The notes under the pieces: generated by a model
Seen by the model: only the letters and a program-made list of their open reading frames with translations
Databases searched by the model: none
Told to the model about the DNA's origin: nothing
Translations under genes and position numbers: made by a program
IMG/VR virus record: IMGVR_UViG_3300032291_002944
Span: 5,381-69,380 of that record
Reading direction: 5' to 3' (one strand)
Length of the DNA stretch: 64,000 bases
DNA from: a virus
Part shown: piece by piece, positions 37,391 through 47,183 of the stretch
How positions within the stretch are numbered: the stretch's first letter is position 1
Layout of the letters: the number at the start of each line of letters is the position of its first letter

Positions 37391-37985
37391 ATATTTCTTT
37401 AATTTTTGTTTTTAACTCTTTTAAACTTGTTATTGAATGTTCAACTTCAACATCTTTGTTGTAAGAAGTATCGTATTTAATAACAATCTTTGATTGTGGA
37501 TGGTCTAATAATAGTTTAGGATTTGCCGTAAGTAAAACATCTATTGAACCCCACATAGAATTTATTGTGGATTCACTATAAAATTTTACTGTTTCTACTA
37601 AACATCCAAATTTAGATATGAAGAATAATGATGCGGGTTTTGATTTTCCAATTTCATCTGAAACTATTAAAACATCATGTTCATCTCTAATGTCTAAATA
37701 AAAATCATTAAAATCCATCATACTTGATACTTCAATAGAGCCAGCGTGCCCAAAAATTTCCATAGTATGTTCTTTATATAAAAAATCATAGAGGTCATTT
37801 TTATCTTTGAATGTTAAATGTTTCTCAATGTTTAATGTTGTCAAATCAGAAATAACTTTATATTCAAAATCGGATTTTTCTTCTTCTTCTATAAATGGAT
37901 TTTCAATATACCATTTTTCATATTGTTCTTGAATCTTTTTTAAAGTATCCCTTAGTACACCATTAAGTTCTATCGCAATTCTCAT
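37383..37985 (-). CDS. 5'(3')-deoxyribonucleotidase-like HAD-fold protein with degenerate catalytic motifs
   Basis: MRIAIELNGVLRD in place of IAIDLDGVL, and DVLLTANP in place of D.LIDD.P. Confidence 0.6.
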   Translation of the reverse strand: MRIAIELNGVLRDTLKKIQEQYEKWYIENPFIEEEEKSDFEYKVISDLTTLNIEKHLTFKDKNDLYDFLYKEHTMEIFGHAGSIEVSSMMDFNDFYLDIRDEHDVLIVSDEIGKSKPASLFFISKFGCLVETVKFYSESTINSMWGSIDVLLTANPKLLLDHPQSKIVIKYDTSYNKDVEVEHSITSLKELKTKIKEIYA

Positions 37986-38716
37986 TCTTCGTATCTTTTT
38001 AATATTTTAGTAATTAATGAATTTCTAACTATATCTTCTGCTTGAAATTCAAAAACACCAATATCATCCATGTTTTTAAATTTTTGGATTGCATCATACA
38101 ATCCACTATGTTTAATATCTTTGTATCTATCGGTCTGTTCTAAATCACCTGAAATAAAAAACTTAGAATTAAATCCAATTCTTGTTAATAATAATTTCAT
38201 TTGATTTGGAGTTGAGTTTTGAGCTTCCTCAAAAATTAATATTGAGTTGTCAATATTCATTCCCCTCATAAACGCTAAAGCAAATACCTCAACTGCTTCA
38301 ATCTCTTTTAGTTTGTCTCGTGATTCTTTTCCAATAATTTTATTTAACAAATAATATGATGGAAAAATATATGGGTCTAATTTTTCTTCAACATTTCCAG
38401 GTAAACTACCAAGTTTTTCTTCAGCTTCAACTGCTGGTCTTACAATGATGATTTTTTCATAAGGAGTTTCAGGGTCACTTAATAGGTCAATTGCACTTTT
38501 CATTGCAATATAACTTTTACCAACACCTGCAGGACCTGAACAAATTGTTATTTGATTTTTGGTTAACTGCTCGTAATAAATTCTTTGATTGTCAGATAAG
38601 AATTTTTGTTTAGTTTTCTTTTTAACAATTGAACATATTAGTTCTTTTTTTGTTTTTACAACTTTCTCTTCACCTGAAGGAGTTGGTGTTGGATACTTTT
38701 TCGGTCTTGTCGCCAT
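37982..38716 (-). CDS. phoH: PhoH-family ATPase
   Basis: GPAGVGKS, RPAVEA..LGSLPG, FMRG, EEAQN, GDLEQTD and DIVRN motifs. Confidence 0.93.
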   Translation of the reverse strand: MATRPKKYPTPTPSGEEKVVKTKKELICSIVKKKTKQKFLSDNQRIYYEQLTKNQITICSGPAGVGKSYIAMKSAIDLLSDPETPYEKIIIVRPAVEAEEKLGSLPGNVEEKLDPYIFPSYYLLNKIIGKESRDKLKEIEAVEVFALAFMRGMNIDNSILIFEEAQNSTPNQMKLLLTRIGFNSKFFISGDLEQTDRYKDIKHSGLYDAIQKFKNMDDIGVFEFQAEDIVRNSLITKILKRYEE

Positions 38717-38723
38717 TCACTTT

Positions 38724-39815
38724 TTATTTAACTTTATGCTTATCTAAGCTACCAGATTCTCTTCTATAAACGGATTTACCGTCAGGGCTTTCAAAAATCC
38801 AATCTGTGTTTAATTCTCTGTCATCAACTTGAGATTTAATCCAGTTGTAAGTTTTTGTAAGTCCTAATAATAATGGTTGATTAACTTCCCAACCAATTTT
38901 TTCTCTATAAAGTTGGTTATCTGAGTTTCTACCTTTAACACCTAAAGGACATTTGAATCCGTATTTATCAACAAATTCTTGACCTTCAATATTTTTAATA
39001 CCGATGTTTTTACTTGAAATACTAATTGCCATTTCGGCAAGTTGGTTAATGGTTACCATTTCTTCGCTACCAATGTTTACAGGTCCTGTAAAATCACTTT
39101 CCATTAATCTTAATACCGCTTCAATACATTCGTCAACATATAGGAATGAACGAGTTTGTAATCCGTTACCCCATACCTCAATAATATCTCCATCTTTAGA
39201 TTCTGCTGCCTTTCTACACATTGCCGCTGGTGATTTTTCTCTACCACCTTGCCATGTACCTTGTGGTCCAAAAATGTTATGAAATCTTGCAACTCTAACA
39301 TCTAAACCGTAGTTTCTATTATATGCCAAATAAAGTCTTTCAGAGAATAACTTTTCCCATCCGTACTCTGAATCTGGATTTGCAGGATATGCCGATGATT
39401 CTTCACAGTTTGGATTTTCGGGGTCTAACTGATTATGTTCAGGATACATACACGCAGAAGATGAGTAAAATACCTTCTTAACTTTCTTTTTAACACATTC
39501 GTGTGCAACATTTAAATTAATAGTTGCTGAGTTGTGCATTACGTTTGCATCATTTTCTCCAGTAAAGATGTATAATGCACCACCCATATCGGCAGCTAAT
39601 TGATACACTTCATCCACATCTTCTTCAATAACTAACTCAACAACTTTAGGGTCTGTTAAGTCACCTAAAATAAATTCATTACAAAATTCATCTTGAAAGA
39701 AATATTCATGTTTTTTAATATCACATACTCTTACGTGATTTCCTTCTTCTTTTAATCTTTTGGCTAAGTGTCCACCTATGAACCCTCCTCCACCTAATAC
39801 TACTATTTTTTTCAT
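38724..39815 (-). CDS. NAD-dependent epimerase, GDP-mannose 3,5-epimerase-like
   Basis: GGGGFIG, LAADMGG, YSSSACMYP, YGWEK, GGREKSPAAMCRK and GVKGRNSDN are GME-type signatures. Confidence 0.85.
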   Translation of the reverse strand: MKKIVVLGGGGFIGGHLAKRLKEEGNHVRVCDIKKHEYFFQDEFCNEFILGDLTDPKVVELVIEEDVDEVYQLAADMGGALYIFTGENDANVMHNSATINLNVAHECVKKKVKKVFYSSSACMYPEHNQLDPENPNCEESSAYPANPDSEYGWEKLFSERLYLAYNRNYGLDVRVARFHNIFGPQGTWQGGREKSPAAMCRKAAESKDGDIIEVWGNGLQTRSFLYVDECIEAVLRLMESDFTGPVNIGSEEMVTINQLAEMAISISSKNIGIKNIEGQEFVDKYGFKCPLGVKGRNSDNQLYREKIGWEVNQPLLLGLTKTYNWIKSQVDDRELNTDWIFESPDGKSVYRRESGSLDKHKVK

Positions 39816-39825
39816 TTTTTTAATT

Positions 39826-40728
39826 TTAGTTCATTTTATATTCTAAGTATAGGTCATTTCCTTGAAAAATAACTTTCTTATTTGTACATTTATTTGGACT
39901 TCCAACATAACAACCTAAGTAAGGAGGCGCATTAAGTTTTGTAGAATAAACAACTTCTTTACCACAACAAATTTTAAGGTTTATTGGTAATTCCTCGTTG
40001 GTTATATTCATAAAATGAGTTTCATCGTTTGTTACGGATGTTATTTTTAATTTAATTTTAGAAAAATCATTATACCTGATGTATTGTAAATCAATTGGCG
40101 TTTTATTAACTATTATATTGTGATTATCTAAATGATGTTTTAAGTTAACTTCATTTTGGGTTGTGAAATTAATGTCATCATTTTCAGACATCCAATAATC
40201 TAATCGGTTCATGTATACCTCCATAAGATTTCTAGCACCAATTGCAAACCTATCATTGTACCCTTGAAAGTTATCTTCAGATGGAGTTATTATAGAATCC
40301 TCAAATAACTTCCAATTAAAAATACTTTTAAATTCTAAATCAGGTCTTAACCTCATAACATAATCAAATATCATGTTATTATTTTTTTCATATTCCTTAA
40401 CCATATTGAATACAGATTGGAATTGTTTTAATTGATAATAAATTAACCTTGGGTCGTTTTCACTATCAAGTTGGAAATCTTGGTATTTGTATTTTGATTT
40501 TTGATAACTTAAATCGGGGAGGATACAATCCTCCTCAATTTTAATCATAGACGATATATTAAAAAATTCTAATGGTAAATTGATTATTTTACCATTTTCT
40601 TTTGCAAATGAGGTGAAAAATTTTAATTCATATTCTGTGTTTGTTAAAATCAAATTATTAAAAATAGAAGGTAAACATTTATCAAAACTTCTATATTGAC
40701 CTGAAATACAAATGGCAACTTTCTTCAT
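39826..40728 (-). CDS. Putative glycosyltransferase-like protein
   Basis: KVAICISGQYR, FDYVMRLRPD and NDRFAIG motifs typical of glycan-cluster proteins. Confidence 0.6.
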   Translation of the reverse strand: MKKVAICISGQYRSFDKCLPSIFNNLILTNTEYELKFFTSFAKENGKIINLPLEFFNISSMIKIEEDCILPDLSYQKSKYKYQDFQLDSENDPRLIYYQLKQFQSVFNMVKEYEKNNNMIFDYVMRLRPDLEFKSIFNWKLFEDSIITPSEDNFQGYNDRFAIGARNLMEVYMNRLDYWMSENDDINFTTQNEVNLKHHLDNHNIIVNKTPIDLQYIRYNDFSKIKLKITSVTNDETHFMNITNEELPINLKICCGKEVVYSTKLNAPPYLGCYVGSPNKCTNKKVIFQGNDLYLEYKMN

Positions 40729-40730
40729 AA

Positions 40731-41357
40731 TTATTTTTTAAAATATACCATACCCCATTTTTCTTTTCTTTCCGAATTTAATAATTCTATAAAATTAAAG
40801 TCTTTTAATTTTTCCCAATGAATATGTTCATCAAACAAAATTTCATCTGCTTCTGTAAATGCGAAAGAATTATATCCTAATTTATTTAAATGTTGTATGG
40901 TTAAATCTATTTTAGATTTTTGTTCTTCTGCCCATTCAAATGCAAACAAAGTATCTGGTAAAAATTTAGTAAAAGAAGTTAAAAGTTCATATTCATATCC
41001 TTCTACATCAATTTTTATATAATCAGGTATCCCATATTGTTCAATAACAGAATCTAATGTAACAGTTTCTATTTGAATATGATTGTCCCAATTGTAACTT
41101 CCAGTAAATCTTGAGTTTGTAACCCAATCTTCAGATAAAGTTGAAATAGTATCTGCGTTAGATATTTTAAAAGTTTGAGTTCCGTTTTTATTTGACACTC
41201 CTCTTTCGTCAATAATAACCAAATCATTTGCAAATCTACCTCTTAATAAATTTGCTAATCTTGGATTTGGTTCAAAACAAACCACTTTATTAGCAACAGT
41301 AATAAATTGGGCGACTGTCTTACCAACATTAGCACCTATGTCAAAAATTAAATTCAT
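40731..41357 (-). CDS. FkbM-family methyltransferase
   Basis: FDIGANVG, FEPNP and IKIDVEGYE motifs. Confidence 0.9.
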   Translation of the reverse strand: MNLIFDIGANVGKTVAQFITVANKVVCFEPNPRLANLLRGRFANDLVIIDERGVSNKNGTQTFKISNADTISTLSEDWVTNSRFTGSYNWDNHIQIETVTLDSVIEQYGIPDYIKIDVEGYEYELLTSFTKFLPDTLFAFEWAEEQKSKIDLTIQHLNKLGYNSFAFTEADEILFDEHIHWEKLKDFNFIELLNSERKEKWGMVYFKK

Positions 41358-42293
41358 TTAATCAAAATGTTTTTGGTATATGTCAAAATATTCAACAGTT
41401 TTAGCTGGAAGTAAATCCCTGTAATCTTTTATGTTATCTATAAGATTTAATGTTCCTCTGTATCCAATAACTTCATTCTCTAAATTTTTAACCAAATCTT
41501 GTGGATTTCTCGCTTGGTAAACTGAAGCCTTCGCAAAGATGACCGAGTTAGGGAAGTAATGTTGCATAACATATGCTCCCCAAATATCATCCATTCTACC
41601 TGTGTATGGAAAGACAGAATAATATTTAAGAACATCTCTGTGTAAGAAAGTGTTTTGCGAATTAAATGGTGTAAGTTGTTTTGTTGTGAACGGGTCAAAT
41701 GAATTAAATTTTACGATTGGTTTTTTACTTAATCTACAGATTGCATCAATGTCAGGGTCTCCATCCCAAAATTCTGCTTGAACCATTGGAGTAATTTTTA
41801 TTTTACCCTTATATTCAATATTGTTTTTAACTTGTAGATATTCAATAGGGAATCCTCTGTGCCAAAGGTCATTATGTTCGGTTGTTGATATCGCATCAAA
41901 ATATGGACAAGAGATGTTTTCATATTCATCAACCTCAATTTCCTGTCCCAGTAAAATATTATCACCCCAGGAACTATATGGAATGTTATCATCATCAACA
42001 GTTGCAACAATATCTGCACCATTTTGGTATGCAAATACAAATCCAATATTTCTTCTTTGAATTGTTTTCCAACCAATTATTTCAGACAATGCGGGATAAA
42101 GTTCATCTTGAACATCAGGAGTTAAATAAACCACATTTTTATGGTCCTCAACTAATTTCTCATATTCTTCGTGAGGAGTTTTTGTGTCACCCACAATAAC
42201 AAAAATAAAATCTTTATTATCTGCAATATCACAGAATTTGTGAGTTGCTTCAGTTGGTGAATTAATTGTTGTTGTAATTATAAATTTTTTCAT
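41358..42293 (-). CDS. STELLO/DUF288-like (GT75/RGP-related) glycosyltransferase-like protein
   Basis: IITTTIN, VGDTKTP, RRNIGF, VDDDN, WHRGFP, DPDIDA, FNSQNT and RMDDIW motifs. Confidence 0.75.
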   Translation of the reverse strand: MKKFIITTTINSPTEATHKFCDIADNKDFIFVIVGDTKTPHEEYEKLVEDHKNVVYLTPDVQDELYPALSEIIGWKTIQRRNIGFVFAYQNGADIVATVDDDNIPYSSWGDNILLGQEIEVDEYENISCPYFDAISTTEHNDLWHRGFPIEYLQVKNNIEYKGKIKITPMVQAEFWDGDPDIDAICRLSKKPIVKFNSFDPFTTKQLTPFNSQNTFLHRDVLKYYSVFPYTGRMDDIWGAYVMQHYFPNSVIFAKASVYQARNPQDLVKNLENEVIGYRGTLNLIDNIKDYRDLLPAKTVEYFDIYQKHFD

Positions 42294-42294
42294 A

Positions 42295-42900
42295 TTAATA
42301 TACTAAATAAATGTGGTTACCTTCTTCTGTGTTTATAATTGTATAATCGGGATTAATTGCGTAAAGTAATTCTTTAAATTCTTGTAGTGATGGGAAATTA
42401 CCTTGTCCTAAATCTCTACAATCATCAATTAACATTACGTGGTCTTTTCTATTACTTGCTTTGTTGATTGTAATTAATTCTTCTCTCAATGGACCATCTA
42501 ACATACTGTGAGCGTCTAATAAAATAAAAAATCTTTCATCAGGTAGCTCTTCTAAAACTGAAGATAATACTTCGGTCGAGTTACCAAATAAGAATGTTAA
42601 ATTTTCATTTGTTTGATTAATTTCCTCATATAATTCTCTATAACTTTTTCCATCATACGGATTTTTGTCAGGAAATAATTCAACAGTAAATGCTACGTCA
42701 AAATGTTCTGCTAAGAAAATAGATGTTCTTGCATCATGAGTTCCTGTTTCAATTGCGAAGTTAATATCTTTAAGATTTGATATTTGGTCTTGGTATCTGT
42801 AAAGTAAACTTACAAATACGTTTGGAATAGGGAGGCTTTTATGTACGTCAGACATTTGTTCCCATCTACTGTCTCCAGTATAGTCTAAATTTAATTTCAT
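42295..42900 (-). CDS. Class I SAM-dependent methyltransferase-like protein
   Basis: IETGT, GNS, LLDAH, EEL and LIDDCR pattern. Confidence 0.7.
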   Translation of the reverse strand: MKLNLDYTGDSRWEQMSDVHKSLPIPNVFVSLLYRYQDQISNLKDINFAIETGTHDARTSIFLAEHFDVAFTVELFPDKNPYDGKSYRELYEEINQTNENLTFLFGNSTEVLSSVLEELPDERFFILLDAHSMLDGPLREELITINKASNRKDHVMLIDDCRDLGQGNFPSLQEFKELLYAINPDYTIINTEEGNHIYLVY

Positions 42901-42901
42901 A

Positions 42902-43930
42902 TTAGTTATTAGTTATAATACATTTTAATACTCCGTCACCATAATCAGCAACTAAATCAAAGGCTTTTTGAATATCTTCAAACTTAAATTCGTGAGAAAT
43001 AATTTTTTCAATATCTATATCACCTGTGTAGTTTTTAACGCAATCTTCTAATGTTTGATTTGAGCGTCTAATATTTTTGATAGTTAATTCTTTTGTTCTC
43101 ATTCTGTGAGGATTGTAGTTTACCATATCAGATTCAGGTATACCAATCAATGCGACTTTACCATTTACCGATGCGACATTAATACATCCATCAATTGACT
43201 CTGCAGTTCCTCCTGTATCAACAGTAATTATTGTACCCATACCATGAGTCATTTCTTTAATTTTTCTGTTGTAATCGTCAGCAAGTAAAAAAGAATCTGT
43301 CGCTCCAAATTCTTTTGCAAAATTAACCCGATAAGGTAATTTGTCTATCATGAAAATATCTTTCAATCCTGCCTTTTTCAAAATAGAAAACATACAAAGT
43401 CCTATAGGGCCTGCTCCAAATATTGTTGCTGATTCTGTAAACTTAGGTTCAATTAAATTCGCGGTATGTAAACAAACTCCTAAAGGTTCAAGTAAACTCG
43501 CCAAATTAAATGACATGGAATCAGGAATTTTGGCTAGTTGTAGTTCTTCAACAATAACATAATCTGAAAACGCACCTTGAGCATTTGCGCCCATAAATGT
43601 ACCTTTTTCACATAAATTATGTTTACCTTTCATTGACCAATATGATGTAACACACGGCATTCCAGGTTCAACGGCAACTCTATCTCCTTCTTTAAATTTG
43701 GTTGACCCATTACTATCAACAATAACTCCTGATGGTTCGTGTCCCATGTACATGGGTAATGGATTTTTAAAAGACCCAAGTCCTCCCTCTTTGAAATAGT
43801 GCATATCGGAACCACAAATTCCAACCGACTTAATTGCGACAAGTATTTGTCCTTCTCTTAATAATGGAATCTCTTCTTCAAAGATTTCAATTTTTCTTAT
43901 TTGAGTTAACTTTGCTACTCTGTTTTTCAT
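42902..43930 (-). CDS. Zn-dependent medium-chain (sugar/polyol) dehydrogenase
   Basis: GICGSD, GHE, EPLG and GAGPIG motifs. The structural Zn site is reduced to CVTSYWSMKGKHNLC. Confidence 0.88.
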   Translation of the reverse strand: MKNRVAKLTQIRKIEIFEEEIPLLREGQILVAIKSVGICGSDMHYFKEGGLGSFKNPLPMYMGHEPSGVIVDSNGSTKFKEGDRVAVEPGMPCVTSYWSMKGKHNLCEKGTFMGANAQGAFSDYVIVEELQLAKIPDSMSFNLASLLEPLGVCLHTANLIEPKFTESATIFGAGPIGLCMFSILKKAGLKDIFMIDKLPYRVNFAKEFGATDSFLLADDYNRKIKEMTHGMGTIITVDTGGTAESIDGCINVASVNGKVALIGIPESDMVNYNPHRMRTKELTIKNIRRSNQTLEDCVKNYTGDIDIEKIISHEFKFEDIQKAFDLVADYGDGVLKCIITNN

Positions 43931-45050
43931 AATCAATTAGTGCTTGTTTTAAAACATCACATATGTAATCAACCTCATCTAAAGATAATTCAGGATACAG
44001 CGGTGGGCATATATGATGATTACAATAATAATCGGTTTTTGGTAAATTTACATAGGAAAATTGGCTTTTATATAAAGGTTGTTGATGTACAGGTATTTTA
44101 TAAACCTCACCAGTTAATATAATATTTTTTTCTTTACAGTATTTTTTTAACCAAACACTGTCAATTGGCGTCTTAATAATTGCCTTATAATACGAACAAA
44201 CACCTTTTCCTTTTTGCTTTAATACAAAGTATTTGGTTTCTTTTAGATTAGTAAAATATCTTTCTAATAACTCAGTTCGTTTACCAATTCTTGAAATAAC
44301 TCTGTCGCATTCAATACTTCCTAATAATCCAGTAAATTCATTTATTTTAAAATTGTTACCTCCATCATTAATGATAATACCCCCATCATTGTTATCCCTA
44401 CCAAAGTTTTTTAAAGACTTCATTTTTTCATAAAGTTCTTTGTTGTTTGTAGTTATCATTCCACCTTCGCCAGTTGTCATAACTTTTGTTGGAAAAAATG
44501 AAAAACATCCGATTGAGCCTATAGTCCCTGCTTTGTGTTTTTCATTAACTGAACAATGTGCATGTGCTGCATCTTCAATCAAATGAACTTTATTCTTTTT
44601 ACATAGGTTAACTATCTTAGAAATTCTATTAGATATAATCCCTCCAATGTGAACAATTATAACCGCTCCAACTTCAGGATTTAATTTTTTTTCTAAATCA
44701 TCAGGGCATATTGAAAATGAATCTGATTCCATATCAACCAATTCAACAATACCTCCAGCATTTGTGACTGCAACACTTGTTGCGAAGAAAGTGTTTGACG
44801 GCATTAAAACTTTTTTACCTCTAACATCAATTGACTTCAAGGCCAATTCAATTGCCGTAGTTCCATTAGAACAAGCAAGTGTGTACTTTGAGTCAGAAAG
44901 TTTGGCGAATTTATTCTCAAATTCTTTTACGTATTTAGATTCACCTAATGGTCTATCAGATGATAAAATGTCCCAAGAACCTTTTAAGAATTTTAATTTT
45001 GACATAACGTCAAATTTAAGTTTGAATATAGGTATATTAAAATTTTTCAT
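43887..45050 (-). CDS. DegT/DnrJ/EryC1/StrS PLP aminotransferase
   Basis: SNGTTA, IEDAAHA and SFFPTKVMTTGEGG motifs. Confidence 0.92.
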   Translation of the reverse strand: MKNFNIPIFKLKFDVMSKLKFLKGSWDILSSDRPLGESKYVKEFENKFAKLSDSKYTLACSNGTTAIELALKSIDVRGKKVLMPSNTFFATSVAVTNAGGIVELVDMESDSFSICPDDLEKKLNPEVGAVIIVHIGGIISNRISKIVNLCKKNKVHLIEDAAHAHCSVNEKHKAGTIGSIGCFSFFPTKVMTTGEGGMITTNNKELYEKMKSLKNFGRDNNDGGIIINDGGNNFKINEFTGLLGSIECDRVISRIGKRTELLERYFTNLKETKYFVLKQKGKGVCSYYKAIIKTPIDSVWLKKYCKEKNIILTGEVYKIPVHQQPLYKSQFSYVNLPKTDYYCNHHICPPLYPELSLDEVDYICDVLKQALIDYEKQSSKVNSNKKN

Positions 45051-45052
45051 TA

Positions 45053-45697
45053 TTATAAATGTTTTTTTATTTTTGCTGGTACTCCAGCGACCATTGTATG
45101 TGATTGAACGTCTTTTGTTACAACAGAACCTGCAGCAACAATAGAATCATTTCCTACAGATATCTTTGGAATTAATGTACTACTTGCACCAATGAATGAC
45201 CCTTGGCCAATATTAACGTATCCACATAAAGTTGTGTTTGGTGAAATTTGTGAAAAACTATTAACATTACAATCATGTTCTATAATTGAGCCTGTATTAA
45301 TAATTGTACAATTATGGATTGAAGCGTCAATATGAATTACCGCATTTGGACAAATTAAATTTCCATGACCTATTTTTGATGTTTCAATAAGTGATGTGGG
45401 ATGAATACAATTAATTGGTTCTTTATTCGTATAATTTTTAATTAACTCATAATGTTTTTTTCGTAATTCATTATCTCCAGTTGCAATGAAATATTCTATG
45501 TTTTCGTCTTTTAATGTGTCCAAAGATTCTTCAACTGTTCGGAATAACCGATTAGTTGTAATTTCATCACAAAAACATTCAACATAACATAATGAGTGAT
45601 TTGGATGGGTTAGACTAAAAATATTTGTCGCAATTTTTGCTCCAGCATTACCCCCAATGATAAAAATTGTTTTTAAAATTCTTTTTACTGTTACCAT
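45053..45697 (-). CDS. NeuD/PglD-like hexapeptide acetyltransferase
   Basis: ATGDN..R, INTGSIIEHD, left-handed beta-helix repeats and VAGVPAK. Confidence 0.88.
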   Translation of the reverse strand: MVTVKRILKTIFIIGGNAGAKIATNIFSLTHPNHSLCYVECFCDEITTNRLFRTVEESLDTLKDENIEYFIATGDNELRKKHYELIKNYTNKEPINCIHPTSLIETSKIGHGNLICPNAVIHIDASIHNCTIINTGSIIEHDCNVNSFSQISPNTTLCGYVNIGQGSFIGASSTLIPKISVGNDSIVAAGSVVTKDVQSHTMVAGVPAKIKKHL

Positions 45698-45698
45698 T

Positions 45699-46529
45699 TT
45701 AAATTAATTCTATTGGTAAATCTTCATTGAACATTCCCCAATTATCCGAGTTTGTTGTTTCGGCAAAATCTTTAATGATTGAATTTTGGTCTGACATAGG
45801 AGGTACAGATTCATCTTCATCCCTGTTTCCATTTTTACCGTGATTAAGATGGAAGATGTAATGGTCTAATACTTCAATAGTTGAGTAGTACGAGGCTTTC
45901 TTCATAACATTAGTGTCAATACCACAACCAAACAAAACCGACTCTTCAAATCCTTTCATTTGATTCCAAACGTTTTTATGTCCAATTTGATAATCCCCAC
46001 AACAATTTATTAAAGACCACTTATCTTCTTTACTATCAATTATATCTTTTGGCCTATATGAATCTTTATTGTTCCAAATTGAATTATATAACTCTTCATA
46101 TGATTGAAACCCTAAATGAAAATTTTCATCCACATCTCTTCTTGAAACGGTATAAAATGTGTTTTCTTTTAAGATAGAATTGTCTAATGGTGTTGAAACA
46201 ATGTCTATATTGGTTGAAATAATATAATCATTTTCAGTTCTTCTTATTGCGATGTTTCTACCAATAGATTCTATAATTGTATAGTTCGCAATATGAGGAT
46301 ATTTTTCAGATAAAAATTTATTAGGAACCTGAATATATTTTAACCTTTTAGTATGGGGTAAGTTATTTTTAATGTTAGAAATAACCCCTTCACCATTTTT
46401 CGTTTTCCAATCAACAAAAATAACTTCATCGTGGTTTTCAATTAAAGACGTGAGTGACATAGTAGTTCTTTTATGTAAATTACCACCGTAATCGTCATTT
46501 CTTGAAGTTAAAATTACTGATTTTTTCAT
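45699..46529 (-). CDS. GT-A fold glycosyltransferase-like protein
   Basis: SRNDDYGG, VDW, RNIAIRR..DYIISTNID, GDYQ, GFEE and FHLNH motifs. Confidence 0.7.
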   Translation of the reverse strand: MKKSVILTSRNDDYGGNLHKRTTMSLTSLIENHDEVIFVDWKTKNGEGVISNIKNNLPHTKRLKYIQVPNKFLSEKYPHIANYTIIESIGRNIAIRRTENDYIISTNIDIVSTPLDNSILKENTFYTVSRRDVDENFHLGFQSYEELYNSIWNNKDSYRPKDIIDSKEDKWSLINCCGDYQIGHKNVWNQMKGFEESVLFGCGIDTNVMKKASYYSTIEVLDHYIFHLNHGKNGNRDEDESVPPMSDQNSIIKDFAETTNSDNWGMFNEDLPIELI

Positions 46530-47182
46530 TAGATTAACTTATACAATTTATCACAAAACATTTTACCGTTTACGGAACTTCTATGATGAGTACTATCTTT
46601 AATAAATTCAAATCCTTTTGAAATAATATAATCATTAACTTGAGTTTCAAAATCCGAACCTAAATCGGATACTTCAATAATAATATATTTAAAACTTTTT
46701 ATACCATCACCAATACCTTCAAGTACTTGTAATTCAGCACCTTCAGTATCAATGTTTAATAAATCATAATTTGAAAACTCTAATCCTTCTCTTTCAAACA
46801 AAGTTTTAATTGTTATTGTTTTTGTTTTAATAACATCTCCTTGTTGTGGAATTAATGAACTTGAATCAGGGTTACCACGAGGACAATACAAATCTAAATT
46901 TAAACCATCAACATTCCAAGCTGCGTAGTTGTATATTTTTTGACCAAATTTTTCAATTTCATTTTTAAACATTTCATATGAATCTGAATTTGCTTCTAAA
47001 AAAATTGAATTTCCTCCACAATAATGCGCATATTGTTTTGCCTCCCAAGCATCCCAAGCTCCAATATGTAGAACTCCTTTAGGTGTCCATTCTAAATTAT
47101 AAAATAAACCTTTGTTGTTTCCAAAATTATCAGTTCCAACTGGATTGGGGTCTAAGTCCCAAAAAGCTCCGAATAAACTCAT
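46529..47182 (-). CDS. FkbM-family methyltransferase
   Basis: GVLHIGA, LEAN, SSSL and LNIDTEGAELQVL motifs. Confidence 0.85.
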   Translation of the reverse strand: MSLFGAFWDLDPNPVGTDNFGNNKGLFYNLEWTPKGVLHIGAWDAWEAKQYAHYCGGNSIFLEANSDSYEMFKNEIEKFGQKIYNYAAWNVDGLNLDLYCPRGNPDSSSLIPQQGDVIKTKTITIKTLFEREGLEFSNYDLLNIDTEGAELQVLEGIGDGIKSFKYIIIEVSDLGSDFETQVNDYIISKGFEFIKDSTHHRSSVNGKMFCDKLYKLI

Positions 47183-47183
47183 A

